33,760 bases of DNA from positions 1-33,760 of IMG/VR virus record IMGVR_UViG_3300011443_000039; one strand, given 5' to 3'. Position 1 is the first letter of the stretch; each line of letters begins with the position of its first letter. The position numbers and the translations under genes are program-made. Shown one piece after another: positions 24,679 through 33,760 of the stretch. The notes beneath the pieces are model-generated. The model had not been told where the DNA came from and searched no databases. It saw only the letters and a list, made by a program, of their open reading frames with translations. The stretch is from a virus (Duplodnaviria > Caudoviricetes).

Positions 24679-26091
24679 ATGACTCCAATGGAAGATCCGG
24701 GTAGCGTTGCCGCAGTTGCGAGCCCAACCGCGACAACGATCAGCGCCGAAATCGATTCGATGTTCGCCGATGCGGCGAGCGAGACGGAAAGCCCTTCCGT
24801 TGAGACGACCAGCCCAGCGAGCGAGCCGAACCCGCAAGATTCCACCGTCCAGCCGCCGACTCCTGAGACGTACGAGGCCGCCGAAGAAGAGCCTGCTCCC
24901 GCCGAAGAAGCCGCTCCTCCCGCCAAGCCCGCCGTAGAGGCCACGCCTCCGGCGCCGGGCGACGATGAGGCCCCGGGCGAAGAGTACGAGCAGCGCGGCA
25001 AGAAATGGATCCGGTATCCGGAAGCCAGAGGCAAGGAGGTCTTTGCGGGCTATCAGGCCGCCAAGACTCTGTCGAAGGAGCTTGGGCTCGACGGGCCCAT
25101 CACTCCGGACACCATCAAGTCGCTCGCCAGCGACAAGACCGTCCTCGATTCGATCGACTTCGATACGATGAGCGCCGATCCGGCCGAGCAGGCCCGGGCG
25201 TTCGCCTACATCTTCAAGACCGCCGAAAAGGCGTTCAAGGGCGGGCACACCGCCTACAACCCGCACGAGACGATGGCCGATGCGCTGCTTCACGCCGCGT
25301 CGAAGGCCGCGCCCGAAGTGATCCACGGGCTCGAACAGCGGATCAACGCGCACACCTTCGACAAGCTCTACAAGCAGGCCGTCACCGCCGGACTCGACAC
25401 CGAGGCAGGCAAGGAGCTCCTCGCTTCGGTGCAGCGCGCCGATCAGGCGCTCACCGGGCAATATCGCAAACGCGCCGAACTGACCAAGCAGCCGGCCGCC
25501 GCCGATCCGCTGGCCGCCGAGCGCGCCGATCTGGCCCAGCAGAGGCAGAGCATCGAAGACAAAGAGTACGCTGCGGCCAAGGCCGAGTGGGACCAATGGA
25601 ACACCGGCACCAAGGCCGCCGTCGAGACCAACGTCTCCGGCGCGATTGCCAAGGCCCTGGAGCCGGTCGCCGCATCTTTAAAGAATTTTCCTGAAACTCG
25701 CAAGAACGTGGAAATACGACTTCGCGAGGAACTCAAAAACGTCTTCCTGACCGACCAGCGCTTTGCTGGCGAGCGGGAGCGTTTCTACAAGCAAGCCTCG
25801 ATTGCCGGGAACGAAAGCATCCGGGATGGTTGGCGAGCGCGTCTCATTCAGCTATACACCTCCAGGGCAGAGCAAGTGCTTCGCGAGAAGGCTCCAGCAA
25901 TTCTGTCCGAGTCTGCTCTCGCCATCAAGGCGAAAAGCGATAAGACTCACGAGAGGCTCAAAGGTACGCAATCGCTACGTGGAACACCCGCTGGGGGCAT
26001 CGCCCCTAACGGTGCGACAGCGCCATCTGCAGGCGGCGGGAAGTTTGATTCCCAGTCCTGGGCCAAAGAATTCGACGCCGCTTTCAATTAG
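24679..26091 (+). CDS. Capsid scaffolding protein
   Basis: Acidic Pro/Glu-rich N-terminus, long helical body; between portal and capsid; alternative start 24688. Confidence 0.65.
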   Translation: MTPMEDPGSVAAVASPTATTISAEIDSMFADAASETESPSVETTSPASEPNPQDSTVQPPTPETYEAAEEEPAPAEEAAPPAKPAVEATPPAPGDDEAPGEEYEQRGKKWIRYPEARGKEVFAGYQAAKTLSKELGLDGPITPDTIKSLASDKTVLDSIDFDTMSADPAEQARAFAYIFKTAEKAFKGGHTAYNPHETMADALLHAASKAAPEVIHGLEQRINAHTFDKLYKQAVTAGLDTEAGKELLASVQRADQALTGQYRKRAELTKQPAAADPLAAERADLAQQRQSIEDKEYAAAKAEWDQWNTGTKAAVETNVSGAIAKALEPVAASLKNFPETRKNVEIRLREELKNVFLTDQRFAGERERFYKQASIAGNESIRDGWRARLIQLYTSRAEQVLREKAPAILSESALAIKAKSDKTHERLKGTQSLRGTPAGGIAPNGATAPSAGGGKFDSQSWAKEFDAAFN

Positions 26092-26141
26092 ACGCCCGCG
26101 CGTCCCCCGTGGCCTTTTTTCTGACTCATTAGGAGAAAACT

Positions 26142-27398
26142 GTGGCCACCGATTTAGTGTTCGCCCAAATGGAAAAAGTTGCTCCGAAGTTGCCTGACTG
26201 GTTCGGGCGCTTCGACAACATTGTGAATCTCATCAACTCGAAAGCCGATGTTGAAAAGGTCTCGGAACGCGACTTCCGGGCAACCTACCTGACCACGAAT
26301 GGTGGTCGCGTGGGAACGTATAACCCCGATGGCGGCGGCCTGGGACTTGGAAGCGCGCAGGAAGGCGGCGTGATGATCACGACCTACTTCCCGTTCAGCT
26401 TCAGAGGCCAGATCACCCAGCTTGCCAGCCGCGCCACCGCGGCCGCCGAGCAGAGCCGTTTGCAGGGCTTCAAGAAGCTCCTGAAAACGATGATTCCGGA
26501 CTTCGCCGACTTCCTGGACCGCGCGTGGCATATGGGTGACGGCACCGCCGTCCTCGGCACCGCCATCTCGTTTTCCACGGTTGCCTCGAAGACCGTTTAC
26601 GTGATGGACACGACCAACGGCGTCCAGGGCTTCAGGCGCGGAGAGTGGTATCAGGTATACGACTCGGCCCTGGCGGCCCCCAAGGCCGGCGGCCCGTTCA
26701 AGCTCCAGTCGATCAACTACCAGACCCGCTCGCTCACTTTCGCGGTGACGATCGCGGGCGCGGCCAACACCGACAAGATCGTGTTCGAAGGCACTTCCGG
26801 CGCGACCCCGGCGGGCCTCAAAGGGTTGCTCTATCACAACAACACCGCGACGAGCGGGTCGACTCACGGCGTCAACAGAGCCAATGAGCCCGAGATCCTC
26901 GTCAACGTGCGCGACGGCGGCAACTCGGTGCCAACCGTGCAAATGGGCATGCAGATCGCCCACCAGATCATCGAGCGCAGGAAGATCGATCAAGGCACGC
27001 CGAACGGCATGATGGCGCTGGTGAATCAAAAACAGCAAGCCAACATCCGTCAGAACGTGATGGACATCGCCAACTACGACTTGACCAACGGCAAGGTCAA
27101 CGCCGATATCGGTGTGAAGGTCGATATGAAGTTCATGTTTGCGGGGATCCCCGCCACCGTGGACCCGCATCAAGCGACCAATAGAATCGACTATATTGTT
27201 CCGAATGACTGGTCTATCGCCGAGATCGACCCAGTTGGCTGGTTCGAAATGAATGGGAATAAGCTCTTCCCCCTCTATGCGTTAGACGGATCTCCAGCCG
27301 CCACGGCATGGTTCGCATTATACGTCTTGCGCGACTATTTGTGCCAGAATTTCGGAAACGCCGGAGTGATTTACAACTTGGCGCAGCCGACCTACTAG
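26142..27398 (+). CDS. Major capsid protein
   Basis: 418 aa, SD AGGAG, follows scaffold; GDGT, GLKGL and C-terminal NAGVIYNL patterns. Confidence 0.8.
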   Translation: MATDLVFAQMEKVAPKLPDWFGRFDNIVNLINSKADVEKVSERDFRATYLTTNGGRVGTYNPDGGGLGLGSAQEGGVMITTYFPFSFRGQITQLASRATAAAEQSRLQGFKKLLKTMIPDFADFLDRAWHMGDGTAVLGTAISFSTVASKTVYVMDTTNGVQGFRRGEWYQVYDSALAAPKAGGPFKLQSINYQTRSLTFAVTIAGAANTDKIVFEGTSGATPAGLKGLLYHNNTATSGSTHGVNRANEPEILVNVRDGGNSVPTVQMGMQIAHQIIERRKIDQGTPNGMMALVNQKQQANIRQNVMDIANYDLTNGKVNADIGVKVDMKFMFAGIPATVDPHQATNRIDYIVPNDWSIAEIDPVGWFEMNGNKLFPLYALDGSPAATAWFALYVLRDYLCQNFGNAGVIYNLAQPTY

Positions 27399-27405
27399 CA
27401 CGAAG

Positions 27406-27445
27406 GACGGGGCCGGTTTATAGCCATTGGCCGGCCCTGTCTATT
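27406..27445 (+). terminator. Hairpin after capsid gene (terminator or stabiliser)
   Basis: GACGGGGCCGG/CCGGCCCTGTC stem; weak U tail (TATT). Confidence 0.4.
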
Positions 27446-27499
27446 CAACGACATACGGGGTTTCGTCGAACTACGTCGAACAACCTGGAAAAATCTGGA

Positions 27500-28099
27500 A
27501 TGGAACAAAAGCTACTATCTGAGCTCAATGGCCGGCTCGCTATGGAGTTCGGCCGCAACGACTTCGGCGAGAACAACTACAAGTGGAGCCTGACCCAGGA
27601 TCTGTGGGGCTTCGAGCACAAAGGGCACATGGTTCCCCGCCAGATCCTCACGCCGGGCGGGCCGCTCTGGGCGGTCGAATCTCGCTTTGAGCGCTTCACG
27701 GTGGCCGACATCGTGGGGCCGAACCGCTGGGCCCTGTCCAGGTGGCAGCACATGCGGCGCGGCGAGTGGCTCGCCATCTTCGGCGAGACGTGGCCCTGGC
27801 CGAACCGCGGCGAATACCACATGGTCGGCTCTCCGATGCCGGACGGCGAGGAGCCGTGCCACAAGTCGACCGAGACGCTGATCTTCCATCTCCGGGTCCA
27901 TCTGGGGATGACTCTCGAGGACCATGAGCAGGATCTGCTCGTCAGGCTCGAAGAGAAAAAGCGCATCGAAGCCGCTCCGGTGGCCGATGCGATCGACGAC
28001 GCCATTTTTGCCTTTGAGCATCTCCCCGGGGCCAAAGACAACGTATCGCTGCCGACCGCCGCCTTCCGGGAGAACTACAAGGAGACACCCGTTGAGTAA
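27500..28099 (+). CDS. Hypothetical protein in morphogenesis module
   Basis: MEQKLLSELNGRL...; avoids overlap with the capsid gene. Confidence 0.7.
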   Translation: MEQKLLSELNGRLAMEFGRNDFGENNYKWSLTQDLWGFEHKGHMVPRQILTPGGPLWAVESRFERFTVADIVGPNRWALSRWQHMRRGEWLAIFGETWPWPNRGEYHMVGSPMPDGEEPCHKSTETLIFHLRVHLGMTLEDHEQDLLVRLEEKKRIEAAPVADAIDDAIFAFEHLPGAKDNVSLPTAAFRENYKETPVE

Positions 28100-28757
28100 G
28101 ACCATCGTTTCGATTTGGCCGATGCAGGAGAGTACGTACCGGCCCCTGCACATCGCGAAGAATCCTGGCGACACGAACACGTTCATTCTCCAGGCGGGCT
28201 CGGTCGAGAGCCCGTTCCTGTTGAAAATCCCGGATTTTGACACGTACATTTACATGGGCAAAGGGATCCACCAGACGATCAACATCCCTTCCTACGAGAC
28301 CGCCAACGATCTGGTGCGCCACTGGCGCGATTCGAAGAACTCTCCTGAAGACGGCGGCCTCCCCGGCATCTGGGTCTCGCCGGTCGACAATCCGACCATC
28401 GAGCAGGTTCTCTCTTCAGCGGAGCTCGACGAATTCCAAGACAAGCAGATGATGTTCGCGTCATCGAAGGTGCGCGAGGCCCGGCTCTTCGCGGCCCAGA
28501 TGGAATGGCGGAACATCACCAAACTGCATTTGTTTATGGGCAAGCTCCTCAACATCCAGGGCGAGCCCTGGCAGGACTTCGATGCCCGCGCCAAGGTCGG
28601 TAAGGTGCGGTGCCCGTACTGCGACTCGCCCATCACGATGGGCGTAGCGGTGTGCTCGGTTTGCCGCGAGGTGACCGACATCGAGAAGTACAATCTAATT
28701 CGAACGGCGCAGAACCTTCCACCGAAGGTGATTGCCGCCGCGCCGAAGCCGAGCTAA
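28092..28757 (+). CDS. Hypothetical protein with C-terminal zinc ribbon
   Basis: SD AAGGAG before TTG 28092; CPYC...CSVC. Confidence 0.75.
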   Translation: MSKTIVSIWPMQESTYRPLHIAKNPGDTNTFILQAGSVESPFLLKIPDFDTYIYMGKGIHQTINIPSYETANDLVRHWRDSKNSPEDGGLPGIWVSPVDNPTIEQVLSSAELDEFQDKQMMFASSKVREARLFAAQMEWRNITKLHLFMGKLLNIQGEPWQDFDARAKVGKVRCPYCDSPITMGVAVCSVCREVTDIEKYNLIRTAQNLPPKVIAAAPKPS

Positions 28758-28767
28758 AGGAAGACCA

Positions 28768-29466
28768 ATGGCCATTCCCACTGTCGAACAAGCGATCGAA
28801 GAGGCGGCCTTCCATCTCGGCGATTCCAAGAAGCGCCGGTTCACCATACCGGATCTTCAGTTCGCGGTGGGGCTGGCCTGGCGTGAGCTCATCGACGAGA
28901 TGACATTGTGCCAGGACGCGGCGGTCGAGCTGCAGGCGCTCTACGTGCTGGCGGCCGGGACGCTGACGCTGACGCCCGCGACCGCCGGGATCTCGAATTT
29001 CGGGCAACTGCTGCGCCTGGAAGAGCGCCCGCAGGGTTCCACGAACGTGTCGTTCTTCCCGGTCCAATACACCGAGACCATTTCGCTGCCCTGGTCTCCC
29101 ACGCACCGGGTCATCTATTACACTTGGCGCTCGCAGACCTTCGGCTTTCCGCCGGCCACCGGGCCCGTCGAGCTCCGCATCACCTATCTGCATAGCGGAG
29201 AGAATCCGACGACCGGGCCGCTGGGCATCGACAACTGCCTCACTGTCGTTGGCAAGCTGGCCGCCGCGTACGCGGGCCCGCCCAAGGGCCTCTCGGGCAT
29301 CCCCAAGCAGATGCGCGACGAGGTTTATAAAGACCCGAACCACATGCAGACGCTGATCCAACCGCACATGCGCGAGCAGCAGGAGCGGCGGGTTCAACCT
29401 GCCGCGTACGCTGTCGGCAGCAACCGGCGCCGCCCCCGCGGCTTTTACCCCAATTTTGGACCGTAG
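28768..29466 (+). CDS. Putative head-tail adaptor
   Basis: MAIPTVEQAIEEAAFHLGD...RFT..DL helical start, FPP...ELRITY; position. Confidence 0.6.
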   Translation: MAIPTVEQAIEEAAFHLGDSKKRRFTIPDLQFAVGLAWRELIDEMTLCQDAAVELQALYVLAAGTLTLTPATAGISNFGQLLRLEERPQGSTNVSFFPVQYTETISLPWSPTHRVIYYTWRSQTFGFPPATGPVELRITYLHSGENPTTGPLGIDNCLTVVGKLAAAYAGPPKGLSGIPKQMRDEVYKDPNHMQTLIQPHMREQQERRVQPAAYAVGSNRRRPRGFYPNFGP

Positions 29467-29499
29467 TAAGTTTTCGATACTGGAGAAAATGGAGAACCC

Positions 29500-29916
29500 A
29501 TGTCCTTTACCACTGAGAAGATTCCCGGCACGCCCCTCTATAAGTCGCGCACGCCGCAGATCGCGCAGGGCAACCTGCTCCTGGCCGACCTGAATACCGG
29601 CCTCACCATCGTGGCCCCGGCTGGCCGCATCATTCAGTTGACCGGGTTCCTGTTTCACATGAACGGCACCTTCGGCGGCCTCACTGATCTGCGGCTGCAG
29701 ACCACCGAGACTCCGACTCCCACGCCGCTGGTCACCATCGTCGCGGCCAACATGGGAGACACGATTACGCACACCGAGGTATTCGGCACCAACGTGAAGG
29801 CCCCGGCGTATTGGCTCCCTATCAAAGGGACCGGTCTGCAGATCGTCAAGACCGGTGCGCCCGCGACCGGCGGCACCTCGATCGATTACGCGATTCACTA
29901 CGTCTTCGAGGGCTAA
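29500..29916 (+). CDS. Putative small virion structural protein, beta-rich
   Basis: SD GGAG; Thr/Gly-rich 138 aa. Confidence 0.6.
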   Translation: MSFTTEKIPGTPLYKSRTPQIAQGNLLLADLNTGLTIVAPAGRIIQLTGFLFHMNGTFGGLTDLRLQTTETPTPTPLVTIVAANMGDTITHTEVFGTNVKAPAYWLPIKGTGLQIVKTGAPATGGTSIDYAIHYVFEG

Positions 29917-29919
29917 CGA

Positions 29920-31866
29920 TTGAGCCTCGCCGAACTCAAGCAGCGCGCGGTAGCCGACCTCCGGGGCTCGTGGACGCGAGCCCGCACGGAGCCCAGCGCG
30001 GATGTCAATCGCTCGCGCGCTCAGAACACCTACCTCACCAACCGGGCCTCGAACGCCATCAACGTGCGCTTTGACGGTGGCCGCATTATCGGGCGCGACG
30101 GGCTGATCCCCGATGACATGGCCACCGGCAAGATGACCATGCTGTACCAGTGGCTGGCCTATGGAACCTCCCTCGGCCAGGCGGGCCCGGGTGTGCCGAC
30201 CAACTTCCTGGTCACTTTCGAGAATGGCGAGATCCGGGTGCGCGACCTCTACTTCCGGGTCCAGAAGTTTACCGCCGCGGCCATCGCTGGTGCCTACGGA
30301 GCGACCGTCGTCGAAGCCGCCGACCGGCTCTACATTTCGACATACAAAAGCGACTTCACGGGCGCGAGCGAAGTTCGTATCCTTTATCCGACCGCCACCA
30401 CCGGCTACATCGACAAAGCCTTCATGGGGCCGATGACAAACGTGCCCACGCTCACTGAGCCCTACGCGGGCCTGATCACAGCGGGCGCGCACAAGTGGGG
30501 CTACATCGTCACCTCGCGCTCCGGCTCGCAGTTGCTGCCCTCGCCCTGGCTGACCAACGCAATCTTCAACCCGGTCACGTTCACCTCAGCCCCCTCGAAG
30601 ACGATCCAGGTGACCATCCACGGGCCTTGGCCCCAGGACGCGGCCTACGTGTCGGCGATCATGACTACCATCGAGAATCCCGAGAAGTTCTTCATCGTGC
30701 CCGGCACCGAGGCCGCCGTGCAGGGCGGTTCGAACATGACGGTGGATTTGTACTGCTCGATCGACGACCAGACGCTCGAGGCGTCCGGGACAGAGATCCT
30801 CGACAACTTCGATTACATGACGCAGGGCATCCAAGGAACCGGCCCGTTCTCGCCGTTCAACCTCGCGCAACTGGGCCGGCGCATCGCGTACTTTGTCGGC
30901 AACAAGGTCTACATCTCCGATCAAAACGATTATGAGCGGGTGACCGAGGCCCAGCACGTCCTGCAGGTTCCCGGGCAGCGGTGGCTCGTGACCGCCGCGC
31001 ATATAAGAGGAGTCAATTACTTTTTCGGCCCGAAATGGACCTATGCCTGCGTCGACAACGAAGACGTCCCGGTGATGTGGCAGGAGCCCTATAGTGTGTC
31101 GCAGTCCTTGGGCTCGACCGCCATCCACGGCGTGTGCGCCACCACTACCGGCGACATGGCCTGGGTGGCCAACGAGTACGGGCTCTGGAACTTTCACGGT
31201 GCCTACGACGCCATTCCGGTGAGCGACATGAACGAGCCGGAATGGAAGCGCATCAATTGGGGCCTCGCGCAGACCACGCTCTGGATCGTCGACGACCCGA
31301 TCGCCCAGCACGTCTGCGTCTACGCGCCGCTCGACGGAGCCACCCAGAACACGCACCGGCTGACATGGTCCTACTCAAGAGGGCGCGGCCCCACCGAGGT
31401 CGACTTCTCGCTCGACACGATCCCGGCCGCTTCGGCGGCGATGGTGCGCGAGACCACCAGCCAGCGCTCGCGCAAGTGGCACGGCCCGAACGCCGCCACG
31501 CCGATTCTGATCGAGACCATCGACGCGCTCGACGACAACGGCGTGCCGATCGTTTCGGTCTGGGAATCGGGCGAGGTTTTCAAGCGCAGAAACGTGGCAA
31601 GCTCGATCGACATGAAGATTCATGCCGTGGAAGCGAAGGTCAAAGGAGTGGGCATCCTGCGCTCGCGCGTGTACGAGGCCAGCCGCAACATCTACGAGGA
31701 TCTTGCCACCGAAGTGCTTCAGGAGCTCCCCCGCGATGCGATCGAAATGGGCTGCGACGTGATGAGCCACGATGCCACCGTGGAGTTCAAGACGAGCGGG
31801 CTCGGCGAGCGCATGGACATCAACGACTTCACGCTTTTCTACGTGCCGTGGCTCACCAACCGATAG
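29920..31866 (+). CDS. Putative tail nozzle / DNA stabilisation protein (P22 gp10 / T7 gp12 position)
   Basis: 648 aa, beta-rich, after adaptor; VYISDQNDYE blade-like motif. Confidence 0.6.
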   Translation: MSLAELKQRAVADLRGSWTRARTEPSADVNRSRAQNTYLTNRASNAINVRFDGGRIIGRDGLIPDDMATGKMTMLYQWLAYGTSLGQAGPGVPTNFLVTFENGEIRVRDLYFRVQKFTAAAIAGAYGATVVEAADRLYISTYKSDFTGASEVRILYPTATTGYIDKAFMGPMTNVPTLTEPYAGLITAGAHKWGYIVTSRSGSQLLPSPWLTNAIFNPVTFTSAPSKTIQVTIHGPWPQDAAYVSAIMTTIENPEKFFIVPGTEAAVQGGSNMTVDLYCSIDDQTLEASGTEILDNFDYMTQGIQGTGPFSPFNLAQLGRRIAYFVGNKVYISDQNDYERVTEAQHVLQVPGQRWLVTAAHIRGVNYFFGPKWTYACVDNEDVPVMWQEPYSVSQSLGSTAIHGVCATTTGDMAWVANEYGLWNFHGAYDAIPVSDMNEPEWKRINWGLAQTTLWIVDDPIAQHVCVYAPLDGATQNTHRLTWSYSRGRGPTEVDFSLDTIPAASAAMVRETTSQRSRKWHGPNAATPILIETIDALDDNGVPIVSVWESGEVFKRRNVASSIDMKIHAVEAKVKGVGILRSRVYEASRNIYEDLATEVLQELPRDAIEMGCDVMSHDATVEFKTSGLGERMDINDFTLFYVPWLTNR

Positions 31867-31876
31867 ATAATCGAGC

Positions 31877-32107
31877 ATGGCCGACAAGCTCTCGCTGACG
31901 AGCATCCGCCCGGATGTCAATTCCATTCGCACGCGCGGGACGTTCGAGTTGACCGCCGAAGCCCTCGACCGGATCGACGGCAACTTGGTCCGGATTACGA
32001 ACTTTGTCAACGCAATCGATGTCAGCCCCGCCGTCATCGAAGCGCCGCCGGTCGAGCCGCCGCCGGAGGGCGCCATCATGATCCGCGTGGCGTACGAAAG
32101 TCTCTAA
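31877..32107 (+). CDS. Small hypothetical virion protein
   Basis: 76 aa, tightly packed. Confidence 0.6.
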   Translation: MADKLSLTSIRPDVNSIRTRGTFELTAEALDRIDGNLVRITNFVNAIDVSPAVIEAPPVEPPPEGAIMIRVAYESL

Positions 32108-32108
32108 G

Positions 32109-33760
32109 ATGCCAGGAGAAGTTTATTACGTCGATACGCTCACCAGAACCCTCGAGGGGAAGCTCGGCGAGCGCCTCTCTGTCCTCGATGTATCGCCCAC
32201 GGCGGGCAAGGGCACGCTCGACGAGGCACCGGTATTCCTAAAGGCGTACAACTCCAAAATCACCAAAGGCGGCGGCGCGATCCATGTGCCCGGCACGGTG
32301 GGAGCCGGTTATCGTCTCTCTGTGCCGCTGGTCCTCAACGGCACTGTGGCGATCGAATTTGTGGGCGAGGGCCGCGCGTCGAAGATCTTCCGCGGAGCCG
32401 CCATGCCTGCGGGTAAGGGCGTGTTCGATTTCACTGGTGCCAAGAACATCACCTTCCGCAAGCTCCTCTTTGACGGCAGCGTCACCACCTCGACCAAGCT
32501 CGATTACTCCGCTTTCGGGAGTGACCCGGCCCATCCTTCGCTCACCCTCAACTCGATGTTCTGGCTGCGCGGTGCCGAGAACATCACCTTCGAGGATTGC
32601 GACTTCGAACACACAGGCGGCTACAGCCACTACCTCGACGCCCGCTTCTCCCGAGTGAAAGGCGTCCGGTTCATCAACTGCCGGTGGACGAACAACCGCC
32701 CGCACACGTTCGGCACGGGTGCCGACCTCGACTACGGGAGCGCCACCGGAGGCATCCTCTACCAGAACCAGGGCACGGGGGCGAGCCGGGTGGAGGATCT
32801 GACGGTGCGCGGCTGCAAGTTCGCGCGCGGCACCGGGCGAGGCGTCTGGGGACACGGCTACGGCCTGGACACGCTGCACGCCAGGATTCACATCGACCAC
32901 AACAGCTTCGAGGACTACGGGCTCAACGGCATCCTGTTCGGCAACACGATCGGCGGAAGCGCGATCGGCAACAGCTTCCGGCGGATTGGCTATATCTGCC
33001 CGGACGACACTGCCCCGAGCGTGCCGAAGTGGCACCCGGGCAATAAGCCCGCCGCGATCGGAGGCTATGGCGTCACCAAGCTGGTCCCTTACACCGGCAA
33101 TGATTTCGTCTCGATCAACGGCGCGGCGATCAACGCTGACGGTTATTGCTACGGCGCGATCTCCGGCAACGCCATTCGCGTTCCACGCGCGGGGGAGCCG
33201 GAATATACCGAGGATTTGATCGCCTCCTCCGGCGCCGGCCAGGGAATCATTCTCGCGAACGGGTCCGATCGCGAGGGCGCTTCGGGCGTCACGATCACCG
33301 GCAACAGTTGCGACAACCTGAGCGGCACGGCGATCGGTCTCTATTCTGCGCGGCGCTGCTACGCCTCAGGGAACCTCATCGTCGTTGTCACCACTACTCC
33401 GGTGGGCGCTCCTATCGTGATCGGGGGCCTCGGTGCCGGGTCCAATCAGAACGCCACCGATAACCTCGTCACCGAAAACATGATTCACTATTCGCCTGCG
33501 ACCAAACAGGCGGCGATCGTGGAAGACGACCAGTTCCGGGCGTTCACGCCCACGGACGCAAATAGCGTCGTCAAAAACCGCATCATTGGCAACGAGTGGG
33601 TCTTTGAGTTTAAGCGCGCCCCGCTATCGAATAGCAACACGGGCATCCATTTCACAACGAACACCTCGACCGACACCCAGAGCAGGCACGGCATCCAGCG
33701 CGAGGGCCAAGCGTCTGACTCAAGTTCGGCGCTGCGCGTCTATGTGCAGGACGGCGGCGC
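32109..33760 (+). CDS. Tailspike / depolymerase with right-handed beta-helix (3' truncated, not in ORF track)
   Basis: MPGEVYYVDTLTRTLEGKLGERLSVLD...GGGAIHVPG...NITF repeats, I.GN repeats; no stop seen before window end. Confidence 0.8.
   Translation, partial: MPGEVYYVDTLTRTLEGKLGERLSVLDVSPTAGKGTLDEAPVFLKAYNSKITKGGGAIHVPGTVGAGYRLSVPLVLNGTVAIEFVGEGRASKIFRGAAMPAGKGVFDFTGAKNITFRKLLFDGSVTTSTKLDYSAFGSDPAHPSLTLNSMFWLRGAENITFEDCDFEHTGGYSHYLDARFSRVKGVRFINCRWTNNRPHTFGTGADLDYGSATGGILYQNQGTGASRVEDLTVRGCKFARGTGRGVWGHGYGLDTLHARIHIDHNSFEDYGLNGILFGNTIGGSAIGNSFRRIGYICPDDTAPSVPKWHPGNKPAAIGGYGVTKLVPYTGNDFVSINGAAINADGYCYGAISGNAIRVPRAGEPEYTEDLIASSGAGQGIILANGSDREGASGVTITGNSCDNLSGTAIGLYSARRCYASGNLIVVVTTTPVGAPIVIGGLGAGSNQNATDNLVTENMIHYSPATKQAAIVEDDQFRAFTPTDANSVVKNRIIGNEWVFEFKRAPLSNSNTGIHFTTNTSTDTQSRHGIQREGQASDSSSALRVYVQDGG

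Noticed and set aside
27308-28767. Upstream-extended starts at 27308, 27924 and 28732
   Set aside because: They overlap upstream genes; starts at 27500, 28092 and 28768 fit better
22818-33035. Long - strand ORFs such as 22818-24473, 26154-27173 and 28633-30492
   Set aside because: Antisense shadows of structural genes, expected from high-GC codon bias
1-33760. Stop-codon reassignment, introns/inteins, DGR, tRNA genes
   Set aside because: TAA, TAG and TGA all end coupled genes; terL, portal and capsid are uninterrupted; no reverse transcriptase or cloverleaf seen by eye (tRNAscan not run)

Overview
High-GC tailed-phage DNA, probably a podovirus-like Caudoviricetes; no host or integration genes are visible. 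1-654 is a 5'-truncated YycJ-like metallo-beta-lactamase-fold gene on +. 629-11602 is a - strand array of about 30 small, mostly translationally coupled accessory genes in two units split by a terminator at ~6780, with a C5 DNA methyltransferase near its distal end. A divergent terminase-small-subunit-like gene (11739-12689) is followed by a ~0.8 kb repeat- and hairpin-rich non-coding stretch, further small accessory genes on both strands (13.5-19.2 kb), and the morphogenesis block: terminase large subunit, portal, scaffold, major capsid, adaptor, nozzle-like protein and a beta-helix tailspike running off the end. Most notable: a methyltransferase split over two overlapping reading frames; an identical 14-nt SD/stop/start junction reused at five gene boundaries plus a family of related long intergenic hairpins in the same array; an SD-sequestering three-way-junction leader; a palindrome repeated at two promoter regions; and a HiPIP-like Cys4 protein between terminase and portal. 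All function calls come from motif reading and synteny, not database searches.
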